Below the pieces are notes generated by a model. That model was given only the letters and a program-made list of their open reading frames with translations. It was not told the origin of the DNA and did no database searches. A stretch of DNA of 57,818 nucleotides, counting the filler, from Basidiobolus ranarum (lineage: Eukaryota): the NCBI GenBank assembly GCA_040143965.1. It is 4 parts of 4 records of this genome, joined end to end, with 100 filler letters (N's around TTAATTAATTAA, not from the genome) between each part and the next. Parts side by side here need not be neighbours in the genome. Positions count along the whole stretch, not along the records: positions 14,518 to 28,902 come from JASJQH010007302.1; positions 29,003 to 43,370 come from JASJQH010007303.1; 2 more parts are not named here. One strand, written 5' to 3'. Both the position numbers and the translations under genes were made by a program. Shown here one piece after another: positions 26,333 to 39,138 of this stretch. Positions within the stretch are counted from its first letter, which is position 1. Each line of letters opens with the position of its first letter.

Positions 26333-26638
26333 TGTTGAAATTAGGTAAATCACAACTCTTATTTAGTAGTTAGTTTATTCATATTCTTATTACTTAGTAC
26401 TCAATTCTGTCATTCAAAGACATGTGTAAATTGCTATAATTGATAGAAATATTAATTTGATCACTTTTAGCATTTTTCAAAATTTACTCAAATCTTCTCC
26501 AAATCACCTCAAATTTTCTGCCATGTTTGACAGGCATGTTTTTTATGATCTAACGATGTCCAATAGTTCTATTTCATTGTAAATTATAACTAGGACATAT
26601 ACAATCAAATAAAACTTAAGTGTCTAATTTAATCAAAA
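26333..26638 (+). mobile_element. Family C LTR, plus orientation, truncated by the next insertion
   Basis: Starts TGTTGAAATTA; its reverse complement matches 23100-23400 and 26687-26914. Confidence 0.8.
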
Positions 26639-28660
26639 TGTTTAGGGGATTTGGAAGTGTTTGGGACAAGATTTAAATTTGGAATCAGACACTTGAGTTT
26701 TATTAAATTGAATATGTGCTATTTATAGTTTACTATGAATTATGACTACTAGATGTGCTTAGATCATAACAAACTTGCCTGTTAAGCATTGGTGAAAATT
26801 TCAGATGATTTGGAGAAGATTTGAGAAAATAGTGTAAGTTGCTAAAAGTGATCTAAATGATACTTCTATCAATTGGAGCAATAAGCATATGTTTTTGAAT
26901 GACAGAATTGAGGACTAAAAGCCTTAGCTAAAGTTTTGGCTAAGAAATCAGCTATCTTTTCTTCAGTAGGGCAATAGACAGGTTCAATTATAGCATTCTC
27001 TATTGCCTCTCTAACTAAATGATGCCTAATATGTATATGTTTTGTTGTAGCATGAAATGTAGGGTTTTTAGCTGATGAAATACAACTTTTATCATCTTCA
27101 AGTACAGTTATAGCACATTTTTGCATGTATGCTAAGTCTGTATATAACTTTCTTAATCACATAGCTTCTTGTATAGTAGAACAGGCAGCTATATACTCTG
27201 CTTCTGAAGTGGTAAGTACCACATTTAGGTGTTGTTACTATTCCAAGTAATAGCTCCATTACCATAGAAAAACATGTACCAAGTTGTTGTTCTTCTATTA
27301 TCAAGGATTCTTTGCCAGTCTGCATCACTCTAGCCTACAAAATTTTGTGCATCAGCAGGTGCAGACTATTCCAGAACTAAATCTGCAGTTCCTCACAAAC
27401 ATCTGAGTATTTGCTTGACTGCAGTGTTGTTCTCAGATCCGGGATTATTGAGATATTGGCTGACAGTTCCCACTGCCACAGCAATGTTGGGACATGTTCC
27501 AACCATTGTATACACTAAACTACCCACCATGGATTGATAAGGGAACTCCTGGGTTTGATTTGAGTCATTTTTGGCCAAATCAGATGAAATTTTAAGTAAT
27601 TTCACATTCGGATCAATTGGTGTTGATAGAGGCTTGCTATTCTCCATGTTGAAGCAATTTAGGATGTCTTGAATGTATCTAGACTGATGCAGCATGAATT
27701 TTTGATTGAGTTTATATGTCTTTATTTGGATTGCAAGAAAATAACCCATTTCACCCATATCAGTCATCTGAAATTGGTTGGATATGCTTGTTTTTATGTG
27801 ATCAAGTGCTTCTAGATCATTAGTGGCCAAGATTAAGTCTTCCACATTGTGCTAAGATAAGGATCCTATTTGTAGTTGTCTTGATGTAAATACTGTGATC
27901 TGCTGTGCATTTTTGGAATTCAAGTGATTCCAAATAGGTATCTATCTTGTTGTACCATGCCCTGGGTGCTTGCTTGAGTCCTTATAGCATTTTTTGCAGT
28001 TTACAGACTATATCAGAGTGCTTTAGGACAACAAATCCATCTGGGTGGTCCATTTAGATCTCTTCTTTCAGAGTTCCATCCAGAAAGGCTGTGTTTACAT
28101 CCATTTGATGTAAATCAGGGTTATGGATGGCTGAGAGGGCCAGGATTGTTCTCATGGTGATAAGCTCAGCTACAGGAGCAAAAGTTTCACTAAAATTAAC
28201 TACTCAAGTCTGGAATAACATTTGTACCTTTCTAATGATCTATCTGAGTAACCCAGAATTATTCATTTTCTGCTTTTAGCTTCCAATTTTGAGCATTTTA
28301 AGCTGGAATTAGGCATTATGCTTGGCACCAAAGCTCCTGAGATGATCCATATTTGGTTCTGATCCATATAGGGCTTCAAATGGAGTAAAAGTTTGTAGCA
28401 ATTTTGTTGGGTATGTATTTTTGATATAGACAGCTGCAGTGACAGCTTTAGCCCCATATTGGTGATCTAATTCCATTCATGTAATATTGATCTTGCCATC
28501 TCAGCTATGGTTCTATTAGTATATTCTGCTACTCCATTTTGAAAATGGCTCTCTGTGATGTTTTCCATATGTGCAATCTTCACAATGATCCATTTAGTGA
28601 TATTTTCAATTTCTAAGCTAGAAACAAGCTGATTTTGATATCATTTGGGTCAGTTTTTGT
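26639..28660 (-). mobile_element. Second copia family C element (partial 3' LTR, RNase H, RT, partial integrase)
   Basis: LTR part 26639-26914. Motifs 'HATTKHIHIRHHLVRE', 'IADFLAKTL', 'PYQSMVGSLVY' and 'MTDMGEMGYFL'; paralogous to 23401-25900. Confidence 0.9.
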
Positions 28661-28664
28661 ACAG

Positions 28665-28902
28665 CAGACTTGTTCCATTTTATTGAGCCAGATCAGGCCA
28701 GCTAAAAAGTGTGCCAGCACAAATTGGCATGATTGGGCACTATCCGGCACGATGTTATTTACCATTTTGGAAACAGTATATTTTACTTATGTGGTATGTT
28801 TAAGAAAAGTACTTTTAGACATTATTGCACATTCAAAAGATAATGAAAGCTTTATTCATAGTGTCTTAAGTCTAGAGCTCTCAATGGATATCTTTGAGTA
28901 TG
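28665..28902 (-). mobile_element. End of a second copy of the Harbinger-type element (runs into the gap)
   Basis: CAGACTTGTTCCATTTTATTGAGCCAG... is collinear with 15732-15930. Confidence 0.8.
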
Positions 28903-29002
28903 NNNNNNNNNNNNNNNNNNNNNNNNNNNNNNNNNNNNNNNNNNNNTTAATTAATTAANNNNNNNNNNNNNNNNNNNNNNNNNNNNNNNNNNNNNNNNNN
29001 NN
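28903..29002. other. Assembly gap with TTAATTAATTAA linker
   Basis: 100-base N run. Confidence 0.98.
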
Positions 29003-29886
29003 GAACATGTGCGCAAAGTTTGGGGCTTCTAGCACAAGTTTGAAAAATCAATATATCTGAGAACTTCTAAGTTGGTAAAAATATTCCAAGTAAATTCCTT
29101 ATGAGAATAATGGATAATATCTTAGTGAGTTACAAGATAACTAAGGACTAAGCTATATATGACTATATAGGTGCTTAGGCAAAGCTAATTTCAACGTAGA
29201 ATACCATTGTGTTGTCGGTTGAAAATTTATTGCAAGACAAAGTTGCATTTATGATTTTACAAAGTCTTAGCAATATAAACAAATATAATGTGTTTAGTAA
29301 GGTCCCAGTAATGTGTGTGCAATGTTTAGGGTCTTGAGGATAACTTTGTGAGTTTTCATATTCTGAGTACCTGACAATTTGGTATGAAATATTCCCACAG
29401 AGGATACTGGGTGGGTGATATGATATTCATAGATTGAGATTTAGGTGACTAAGCAAGTATGAATAGTCAAGTGTTAAGTTAACAATTGTTATATGATTAG
29501 TATATATTTATATAGCTTAGTATTTAGTTATTCCATATTACACTAAGATATCACAAACTATTTGAAATCCAAATTTAGTTGGAATATTTTTACTAACTTA
29601 GGAGCTCTCATATATATATATTCAAAGAAGCCCCAAACTTTGAACATATGTTCCAGGGATCTTTCTTAATACATTCTACACATTTTGTTGTTTACAACTT
29701 GACAAAACTATAAATGTCAATTTTCTACTCAATAAATCAATTAGTGAGAACCACCAATTCTTCAAGTCCTCCATACCTCTTCCAACAAACTCCCAAAATG
29801 CTTTAACAAATAAATTAATAAGTGAAAACCATCAATTCTTTCTAGTTCTCTATGTTACTTCCAACAACTTCGAAAATACTTCAACA
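29003..29886. mobile_element. Cluster of family A LTR pieces
   Basis: Minus-strand partial 29003-29196, an older minus-strand relic ~29280-29490, plus-strand copy ~29500-29808, and an extra LTR 3' end 29809-29886. Confidence 0.8.
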
Positions 29887-30552
29887 GATGATGCCTGAGT
29901 CTGAGAAGCCCGGGGAGGCTGCTGAGCAATATCTACATCATGAGTGTAACTCACATCTGCACAAACCTAGCCCACTAGTTCTTCTCCCCTTCCCTTTAAA
30001 CCTGGTATTTTCTGAGCAAGAGTTGCATAAATTACTACACTGGATCAGGTCAAATGATACAGTACATTTGAATCTATTATTGCAGAAATTGCAATGTTCC
30101 TGATTGTTTTCTTTATTTTGTTTTATTAAGTGAATGAAGAACACACCCTAAGTGCCGCTTTTCATCCCCCTAACCTGAGCTCCAGGAGACTTTTAACCTA
30201 TTAAAAAGCTCACTACAACAAGAAACGTGACAAATGCTGAAGGATTCTTACATCAATATCTACAGTTAGGGTATGGATTGAGCTTGGAAGTAAGCAATTG
30301 GATATGGTTTTCTTCCCCTGGAATCCTACACAACACACGTTCTTGATCCTGTTTCAGTGTTCAGTATGGAACTTGGCAATAGATCGTAGTCAAATGACCG
30401 ATGCGCAAGAATCAACTTTTGAAACCAAAATATTCACAATTATTCACGTTTATTTGACATTTGTAGGCTACACAGATTGTTGCAAAAACATTTTGCTGTT
30501 TACATTTAACAAGATATTGAAAGTAATGTGAGATTGAATTGAATCATCGTAG

Positions 30553-32149
30553 TTATTTCAGAAGTTCAAAACAAAGCTCTGAGGACTCGGGAGCCAGTAA
30601 GCCGAAAGAGCAAATCTTGAGAACTCCATCCGAGTGAACAGAGTCTTTTGGTAAAACCCAGCGGTGTTTTATAAGCAACATCGATAGGGATATACGCTGT
30701 TCCATTAGAGAGAAATTCATACCTATACACTGTCTTGACCCACCACCGAATGGTAACCAGCTGTAGGATGTCACATTGTCCTCGGTAAGGAATCTTTCAG
30801 GCTTGAATACTTCAGGTTCACTCCAATACTTTTCAGATCTTTGCATTTGATAAATATGTGGTGCAAACTTGGTCCCTGCAGGAAATACTTTTCCTTTGAA
30901 TTCAACTGGCTTCGTACTCTCACGTGCACCCAAACTAGGCACTGGAGGCACCAATCTCATAGCCTCTCTCATTATTGCATTGATATATGGCAATTCCTTA
31001 GCTTGTTGCTCCAATGTTGGATAAGTTCTGGGATCATCACCTAGCACCGCCAACGCCTCTTTACGTGCCTTTTCCTGGCATTCTGGATACATCGCCAGGT
31101 AACAAAGAGCTGATGCAAGAGAGTTGGCTGTAGTGTCGTGGCCAGCAATAAAGAATACTAACAAATCACTGCGTAACTCTTCATTGGTCAGGATTTGGTC
31201 TTCATGAGTGGATTTGATCATCAGTGTGAGAAGATCAGTTGATCGTTCATCGAATGTGCCATCTTCCACTTTCTTTTGATACGATTTCTGCTTATCATCT
31301 AATATGCTATACAACAATGCATTGAACTCTTCTGTAAGCCTCTTGAACCTAAGGTTTTTAGGCAAGGGCAGTTTCGACAAAAATGGAAAGAATGCTCTGA
31401 ACGGATCAAATAGTCCCTTCATCACATCATTGTATAGCGTGACTCTCTGGCCTTCATGATCCTGCAGGGCATGAAAATCATAATCAAATAACCCCTGGCC
31501 TAGCACATCCAAGGTCATTCGTTGCATTAAATTGTGAGCATCTTGAGCTTTACCAAGATTTTCGTCGATCACATCAAATAAATTATATACGCTATCTGCA
31601 AATAATTTTGTTGCCCAGGGTCGTCGAAAAGCTGGGTTCGCTACTTTGCGGTGTTTTTTCCATTCATCCCCAATAGTATTCACGATATTTTGGCCGAAGA
31701 ACTTGAACCCGCTGGTATTTCGCCTCGCTTCAGATGGTTGAAATTTAGGGAATGTTTCTAAAAAGGGGATGTTAATAATCGACTTTTAGTAATTAGAGAG
31801 AAAGTTTCTTACCGGTTTGTAAGCAGATGTGTTTGCAGTCCTCCGGGTCCAGAACAAATACAACCCACATAGCTCCAGAAAACACCTATCCATAAGATGG
31901 TTTAAAACCGGTAATGAAATGAGGATAATTTTTCGTGCATACCTTGGCCATTTTATGTTCTTCCAAAACTGGACCCAAATGTTCACGGAGCGTTACAGAA
32001 AATCCTTTTTTCGATAGTAACCCTGACAGTACCGTCCAAACAGAAAGGCCAGGAACATCCTTCAAATGAGGTGGTACCTTGACCCAATTGTAGATTAAAT
32101 ACGCAGGTACAACAATAATCGCAGCAAAGGTCAAAAGCAAGGCTGACAT
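30553..32149 (-). CDS. Cytochrome P450
   Basis: Exons 32149-31943, 31885-31813, 31757-30553. N-terminal membrane anchor, I-helix AGHDTT, ExxR 'EAMR', PERF, and heme motif 'PFGGGSRQCIG'. Confidence 0.96.
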
Positions 32150-33031
32150 GGGAAGTTCAAGGTTAAATAAGAATTGCAATGATCAGATAACAGAAAATAA
32201 TGATAGTCAGGAAGTAGCTTTCCTTACTTAAATAGTAAATTGGCATTTGTGTTTCTGGAAAAACGGAAGATCGATAGCAATGCAGGCTTGTATACAGACC
32301 AAGCTGTGGAATGGCTTGTGTAGCTTGGAGAACACGATGAATCATGCTGTGATTCAATCATTTTTCCGGATTTATTTTAGCGAGATTTTAATGTCGCTCG
32401 TTGTTGGTACTCTAAAGCACCAGCAATTCACGGTTCTGATTTCATTATTCTTGATTAGGGCTTCGCCAAGAACGCACTCAATCAGACACTGAAACATTAC
32501 TGTGGTGATAATGTTTTAGAATTCCAACTGCGCGCTCAATAGCAAAAGACAGATGGGTAATTGACTGTGGATAAACCTCCATCATTGTTGGTATCAATGA
32601 TCCCTACCAAATATGGCGATCTTGCATATGAAAGCTATCTGAGTTTGGTGTACTACCCAGATTGCTACTATTTCGTAGATATCGCTTTTAGATACAAATA
32701 AAAGGCCGGAGCCCCACAAGCGTTTTAGGTAAATCGAGCAACTGGGAAAGGGTTTGCTTGGAAGGACCTTAACACACAAAATCACCTCAGTGATACGACA
32801 AGGGCGCCTGCTTGTACATTTACCGCGATTATATGAAGTGAAACCAACCATTAATATAGTTTTGTATTTTCAAAGGTTTCTTTGTGTTCAGTTGGGAGGC
32901 TACTTTCAACTTGGTATCACTCATGTTTTTTCGGTAGTTCGGATAAATAATCCTCTTTATTCACAGGAATTAATAGAATCTTTGATATACATGTATTTAC
33001 CAGCGATTGTTACTTGGTTTCAATGCTAAGA

Positions 33032-34366
33032 TCACATCAAACTATTTTTCTGCTTTGCTGGTACCACCAGTGGTTGGTATTTTTCTGCTTTGCTGGTACC
33101 ACCAGTGGTTGGTAACCCAACATAAGTTTTGAAACTGTCGTAAATGAGCCACTGTAGTGCCGTCAATGTACCAATCATGACAATACGAGTACCAAGACCA
33201 CGCCAAAGCCCAGAAAATCCGATATCCTGGACTATAGTGGTGGTCGCCTTCCAGGTAGAAATTTTATCGGATTTCATATTGTTAAGTTTGGAAACTACTG
33301 TGTCCGCAGGGTGTGAGATGATGGCACACATGATACCTGCTATGTAGCCACCTGCAAATGATACTCCTAGTTGTTGTAATTGATTGTACTCATTTTTGGG
33401 TTTGGATAGCATGCTGTAGATATACTCCACCGTTTTCTCAAATGATGCGAATTTCATCATCGTATAGGGGATTTGTCGTGCCCATAAAGGAGAAAGTCCT
33501 TTGTAGAATCTAGAAATTCCATTGTCAATTTAGTTTCAATTCTTTCAAAACTTCACCCTATTTTCATCTGAATGCAATTACCCATTCCATCCTTCCGCAG
33601 CCAAGATCTTCCGGAAACCTGCTGACGTACTGGCTGCAAAGGGCTCCGTAGAAGTTTGCATACGTACTTTAAGTGCCTCCAATGGACATAATGCTTATAG
33701 GGAGAGTTTCAATACACAAGAATCAAAAACCAACATTATGGATTTGGTACTCACCAATATCAGCTATGAATTCTGCGGACGCTGAGGCAGCCAGATAGAG
33801 AGCTGTACGATATTTATAGGCGTTCTCTTCGCCGGCCAAATCGGAGTATTTCTAAAATTAATCAAAAATCTATGAGAAAAATAACATAGATGATCTGTGT
33901 AGCACTCAAGGTGAACTGAGCATTTAAAACAGGAGGGGTAGTTTCAATGCATGTTGCTTATGTTACTTACTGCTTTAAAGAATTCGTAGAATCCGTACTT
34001 TCCACCACCTTGAAGAGAATATCCAATACAGGTGGGGCCCCAGCCGGTGTAGATACCTTTGATACCTTGCTGCCTAAAGATCTTCTTCCACCCATCGAAA
34101 TTACCTTTGTACAGTCCTGGGTTGACTTGTAATCTACATTTCACCAAATCTAGGGGGGTTATAGCAGTGTGAGTAACACCACAGGCTAATATACCTCCTA
34201 ACCCACAGGTCAGGAAATATTTGGTCGAGTTCAGCTCGATTGGAGATAGCGCAAGTACTGAGGACTCACTAGGTGAGATTGTTGCTATCCTCAAAGGCTT
34301 ACTATCAGAGGTGTTCAGGGATGTACTCAAAGTACGTAATGCATCAGCTGTAGGAAATAGGGGCAT
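33032..34366 (-). CDS. Mitochondrial phosphate carrier (SLC25A3/Pic2/Mir1 family)
   Basis: Multi-exon. Motifs '[20 protein letters not shown]', '[17 protein letters not shown]', '[11 protein letters not shown]', '[12 protein letters not shown]' and '[17 protein letters not shown]'. Confidence 0.94.
33043..33112. repeat. Perfect 35-bp tandem duplication at the 3' end of the carrier gene
   Basis: TATTTTTCTGCTTTGCTGGTACCACCAGTGGTTGG occurs at 33043-33077 and 33078-33112. Confidence 0.95.
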
Positions 34367-36168
34367 TTGTGATGAACGGAAGCAAGAATGGATAACTATA
34401 TGTAAGTTGCAAAGGAGGATGTCCCTTAGAAGATGGTAGTTTTGTATATGAAATTGGAAACATCTTCGGGAGTATTTATAGTGGCAGACAATGGCTAAAG
34501 TGCACTAGATCACAGTGACATGTTATTTTCCATATTGAACAAACCATATGAGAATCATGGTCAACAATACCGGCGTTTTGAGAATCCATCAATTGAACTG
34601 CAACTTACGTCACGCGGCAAATCCAATATTGATTTCGGCCTGATTCTCACACATCGTTATCAGTAAAATCGTCGGACATGCAGATCGAATCACTTGTAAT
34701 TCCCATTCTTTCAGCCCCTCATTAAAGCGAAAATCACAAATACATTACTGAAATGGCTGAGTATGAGGTCAACGAATATGTCATGCTACAAATTCATCTC
34801 CAAAACCTTTTCGCCTAATACACGAGCCGTAACTCCGACTCAATCCGATCCGTCATTGTTCACGATATTCTTATCCTCTGATTTATGCCATTCATATACA
34901 CAAAGTTCAATAGTATTGGTTCTGGTTCTAGTTATTCCGAAGGCATGATACTATTGTCAAAGTTTGTTGCGATTTCTATCTGCGTCTATAGATAAGATGG
35001 AATACATTGGGATACTGATGATATGTATTTGCTATCCTAATTGCAGATACCTTATGTCACAAATGGATAACTACTGAACTGCTACTCTACATAGTATATC
35101 CTGGCAATAACAGGAAAATATTATACCAAGTGCAATGAGATCTCTCTAGCTTCCCCTAGGTATCCTGAAATGCATGTGGTTTGCATTGGTTTGACAATGT
35201 TTGAGAAAGCTCTGTGTGCATTTTTCACCTTTCATTAGTATCACTACTCCCTAACCATAGTAGCTCTAGTTAGTGACTGTTTCCATGGCGATATAGACAA
35301 GTGATATATAATGAGGCTTTATTGTAGAGTTAAATTGTATTTCAGATACCTTTTTAGAGATAATCTCGTCAACATTAAAGACGGGTGAATTTAGCCGTTG
35401 ATGATTCTCGAATTACCAAGATGATTAGACCTCCAAGCCACCGTGACCAATGTTCGAAATATCATATCCTTACCAAGTGAAGCTGGAGTACTATGGCCAT
35501 GGATTACTGATCTATCAACAAGTCACCAACGATTATCATAATTGGTTTTATTCTTGATCAAGTCAGTTTTGGAGGCTGCAACGGTGCTGTATTGATATTC
35601 AGGGGTGAAGTGCAGTATTAAATGTTGCTTTATGGTTTTATGTAGTGGCTCTCATTGGTATTCTCATAGAAGTGTGCGTTAGGATGGACACAGTTACCTA
35701 GAATTTGTAATATAAAACGTGTCTGATTTTCTTGGTAAATACGTCATTTATTTTGGTAGTACAGGCTGGTTGATGTATTTCGATTGCACAGAGGCTCTAT
35801 AACAAAGAAGCTAGTACAAGGAAATGATAAAATCAATTTGTGGCCTCTGCTAATACATGCAGTGCCAACATCATACGAAGTGACGATTGTATCAATATTT
35901 AAAGCTTGGTCCTTACTTGCCGGTACCCATGACGAAAGCCCTATATACCTCGAGTCATTTGTGAAAACTAACAGCAAAAAATTATGTTCTAATGTGGTTG
36001 TAGCGATACTTTACTACCGTTGAGTTTATTAGAGTACATGGACAAATATCAACCAATTAGACTGTTGAGGACAAGCAATGCAAAATTATTAGTACAAGTT
36101 CGATGCGATGAGCAAATATTCGATTAATTCGGTTGCAAATAATTCGAGTGTTTACGGATTTAGTTCAT

Positions 36169-36840
36169 TCAAATAAGGATTATGAGGGCGCCAGCAACCC
36201 CAATAGCCCATATCAAATTAATGGTTGAAATCTGCGTGGCGGAGTTCTTGGTTTTGACCGGTTTTTTTTGGTTATCAGATAGCGTGGCGGGCTTGCTAGT
36301 ATCCGATTTTTTAGAGTCAGATGAGTTTGTGTCTTTATCGGTCGTTGAAGGAGCAGACTTCTTGGGACGGGTGTCACCTCTAGCATTCAATACTTCTGGA
36401 TAAGCCGGACCTGATTGATCAGTTACCTCGAAGTTAGTGCTGTAAAAGTATTGCTGTTTAGAACCCAAGCGTAACACATAGTCTTTGGCTGGTGGCAGTC
36501 CTTCAGGGATTTTCCATAGATACACCCCCTCCTTGATTGGAACGTTGTTCGCCACAGTACCAATGAGAGAGAGTCGAGTGGCAGATCCAGACATTAGCGT
36601 AATATCTATTTCTCCTAGAGAGTCAGAATCTCCGGAACTTATCCTATATGCATGTATCGGTTGTATTAGAGATTGTGGTCTAGAAATGCCAAGATCTAAT
36701 ATCTTTAAATATCACCATTCGATATGTGCCTCAGTTCCGGTTCGAAAGATTGAGTTCATTGGGCTAGTGATCTGAATTTCACCGAGTACCACAGACATCA
36801 ACGATGCTAGTAATGCAAAGCCCAGAAGCATATTCACCAT
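36169..36840 (-). CDS. Secreted Ser/Thr-rich, probably GPI-anchored cell-surface protein (Kre9/Knh1-like N-terminal domain)
   Basis: Exons 36840-36716 and 36643-36169 join in frame. Signal peptide, 'ITSP', 'G...IEW', 'GVYLWKIP', 'YSTNFEV', an S/T/K-rich linker and a hydrophobic C-terminus after 'NSA'. Confidence 0.8.
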
Positions 36841-37620
36841 AGAAGAGAAGATATTATTGGAATGGGATGACTTTCTGAGTAGCGCTCTATCTGAATTTAT
36901 ATATTGCTCATTAACCTGAACTCTTTGCTCTTCATCGAATATACTCTCAATCTGGGAAACCAAAGTTAAATTCATAAAGGAGAGAAACGATACAGCAATT
37001 AGAATCAATTATACTTTCATCATTGAGCCTATTTTAATGCCTCAATCTTCTATTAACTTAGCACGACTCTTGGTACTGGCTTCCATAGCTGAACCGAGTC
37101 TGTATGTTTCTCTGAAGGAGCCTCCTGAGCCATTCATGCTTATATTCCTTGGCTTATTCGTTTACGTGGGATCAGATATTGATGAAAAACAAACTTCTAT
37201 GGAAAATCCACTAAGCTAAGGTAAATACCGGCATGTATTAGATACTTGGTTTTAGTAGACCAAGGTCACCCAGCTGTATCCCACCAGTATTACCTATTCT
37301 TCTCGCTGATACCTGTAAGGATTATGAAATAGTCTGATACCACTAAGACATAACCCTGACAACTAACGTTCATGTTTATTCCATGTAGTATCTCTTCCTG
37401 TACTAGCGAAATAATTTAGTAGAGATTTTGTACACTAAATCTACAATCAAGTACTGATGTATACGATTTGATTAGACCGATCTGAAAATACTGTAGATCA
37501 CATAACTTTGTGCTTACGTAGGGATAATATTGCGTTTAGAAAAAAAAAAGACCCCCAATATATATCAGTATATCCTTAGTGCTATGATACCTCTGATCTT
37601 GGTTTGACTACACATATACT

Positions 37621-38901
37621 ATGGTTCGTACCTGGACACCCACTTTGAGCCAAACTTTTTCAAAAGAGGGATTAAAATTCACAATTCTAACTTATAATGT
37701 TTTGGCTCAATGTTTGATCAAACGTACCTTGTTTCCATATGCAACCAAGAAAGCCCTACGTTGGGGTCATCGGAAAACTAACATATTAAACGAGATTTTG
37801 TCTCTTTCACCCGATATCGTGTGTCTACAAGAGGTAAGTTCGTTATAATAGAGTCGATATCTTGGTATGTTGTAAAGGATTTTGGTATTCTAAATCGTTC
37901 TTTTATTTTAGTTGGACAAATATGAGGAGTTTTTCGGCCCAGAGCTGAAGAATGCTGGCTATGATGGTAGGTATCATCAAAAGGAAGGAAACTCTGAGAA
38001 GGATGGGTGTGCTATCTTATGGAAAAAAGATAAATTTAGCCATGTAAATCATTATAAAATCCTCTATGATAGAGATGAAATTACTTCCGGAGATGAAAGT
38101 TACTCTCAAATAAATACTCAGGCACAAGGCTCAGTTGAAAATGCAGAACAGCAAGCTGCTAATGACATTCCTGTCGTTCGTCCAGAGACTCTCTTACGGA
38201 CACGCAATATTGGCCTTGTTGTTGCATTAAAGGCTAATTCTGAGGAGAAGGGAGAATACGGTTTAACTATTACAAGTTCTCATCTTTATTGGAGACCGTA
38301 TGCTGATTCTATTAGAATGAGACAAGCTCTTCACCTAAAAAAAGTAGTACATAAATTCAACGCTCAATACAACTTCCCAGTATTGCTTTGTGGCGACTTT
38401 AACTTTCAACCTAATTCGGCCCCATACTTAACAGTAACAGGACAACCACTTTCCTCTGAACTGAAACTTCGTCTGGATCCTTACCGATTTGAAAAGTGGG
38501 AACCTAGCGAGACTCCAAGTAACGAAGAATTAGCCAAACTAAAGCTTGAAACCCGACTGAAAGAGGTATACGTTGGTGAAGACCAACCAAAGGGTGAACT
38601 TCTTATGGAACAAACTATAAAATACCCAAGTTGGGAGAGTATTTATTCTCTATTTACTGAGCATCATCCCCAGCCGGTGAATAAGGAGCCTGGATATACA
38701 AATTTCACTAGCTTTTTCCAGGCAACATTAGATTATATCTTTAGGTTGAAAGATGATGCATTCGAAAGAGTCGTTCCACACAGAGTTCTGGCCATTCCCC
38801 CACCTGAAGATTTAACTCACGAAACTGCTTTACCATCTGAAACGATTTCGTCTGATCACATTTGTATCATGGCTGAGTGCTCGCTATTCCCTTCAGCGTA
38901 A
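37621..38901 (+). CDS. EEP-family nuclease/phosphatase, CCR4-related Ngl2/Angel-like
   Basis: Intron 37834-37911. Motifs 'TYNVLAQ', 'DIVCLQE', 'DGCAILW', 'SHLYWRP', 'CGDFN', 'TLDYIF' and 'SDH'. No LRR region, so it is not Ccr4 itself. Confidence 0.9.
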
Positions 38902-39138
38902 GCTTAGCTAGTTCTTCTTGCGTATTTATATATACCTATAGACAATTCAATCAGCCAATATTTAGTGATTCTACATTTTTTATATTTAAAGGCTGAATAA
39001 ACAACCCTATAAAGAAGTCGAACACCAAGGGTTGTATTAATAAATGTTGGGTGAGAGTCAGGGAAATTCAATGAAAAATGTACAACATCAATAGAAGAAA
39101 AGGTCAAACTATAAATGTTAGAAAATATGCTTTGGTGA

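Noticed and set aside
12816-29196. A single full-length family A element bounded by the LTRs at 12816 and 29196 (likewise 42068-44117)
   Set aside because: The flanking 5-mers do not match and assembly gaps intervene.
29938-30144. Cys-rich ORF resembling a zinc finger
   Set aside because: Short, non-ATG start, at the edge of the TE nest in CpG-poor DNA; most likely a decayed fragment.
35000-36030. Possible decayed LINE reverse transcriptase
   Set aside because: No intact diagnostic motif (QG..LSP, YADD) could be read.
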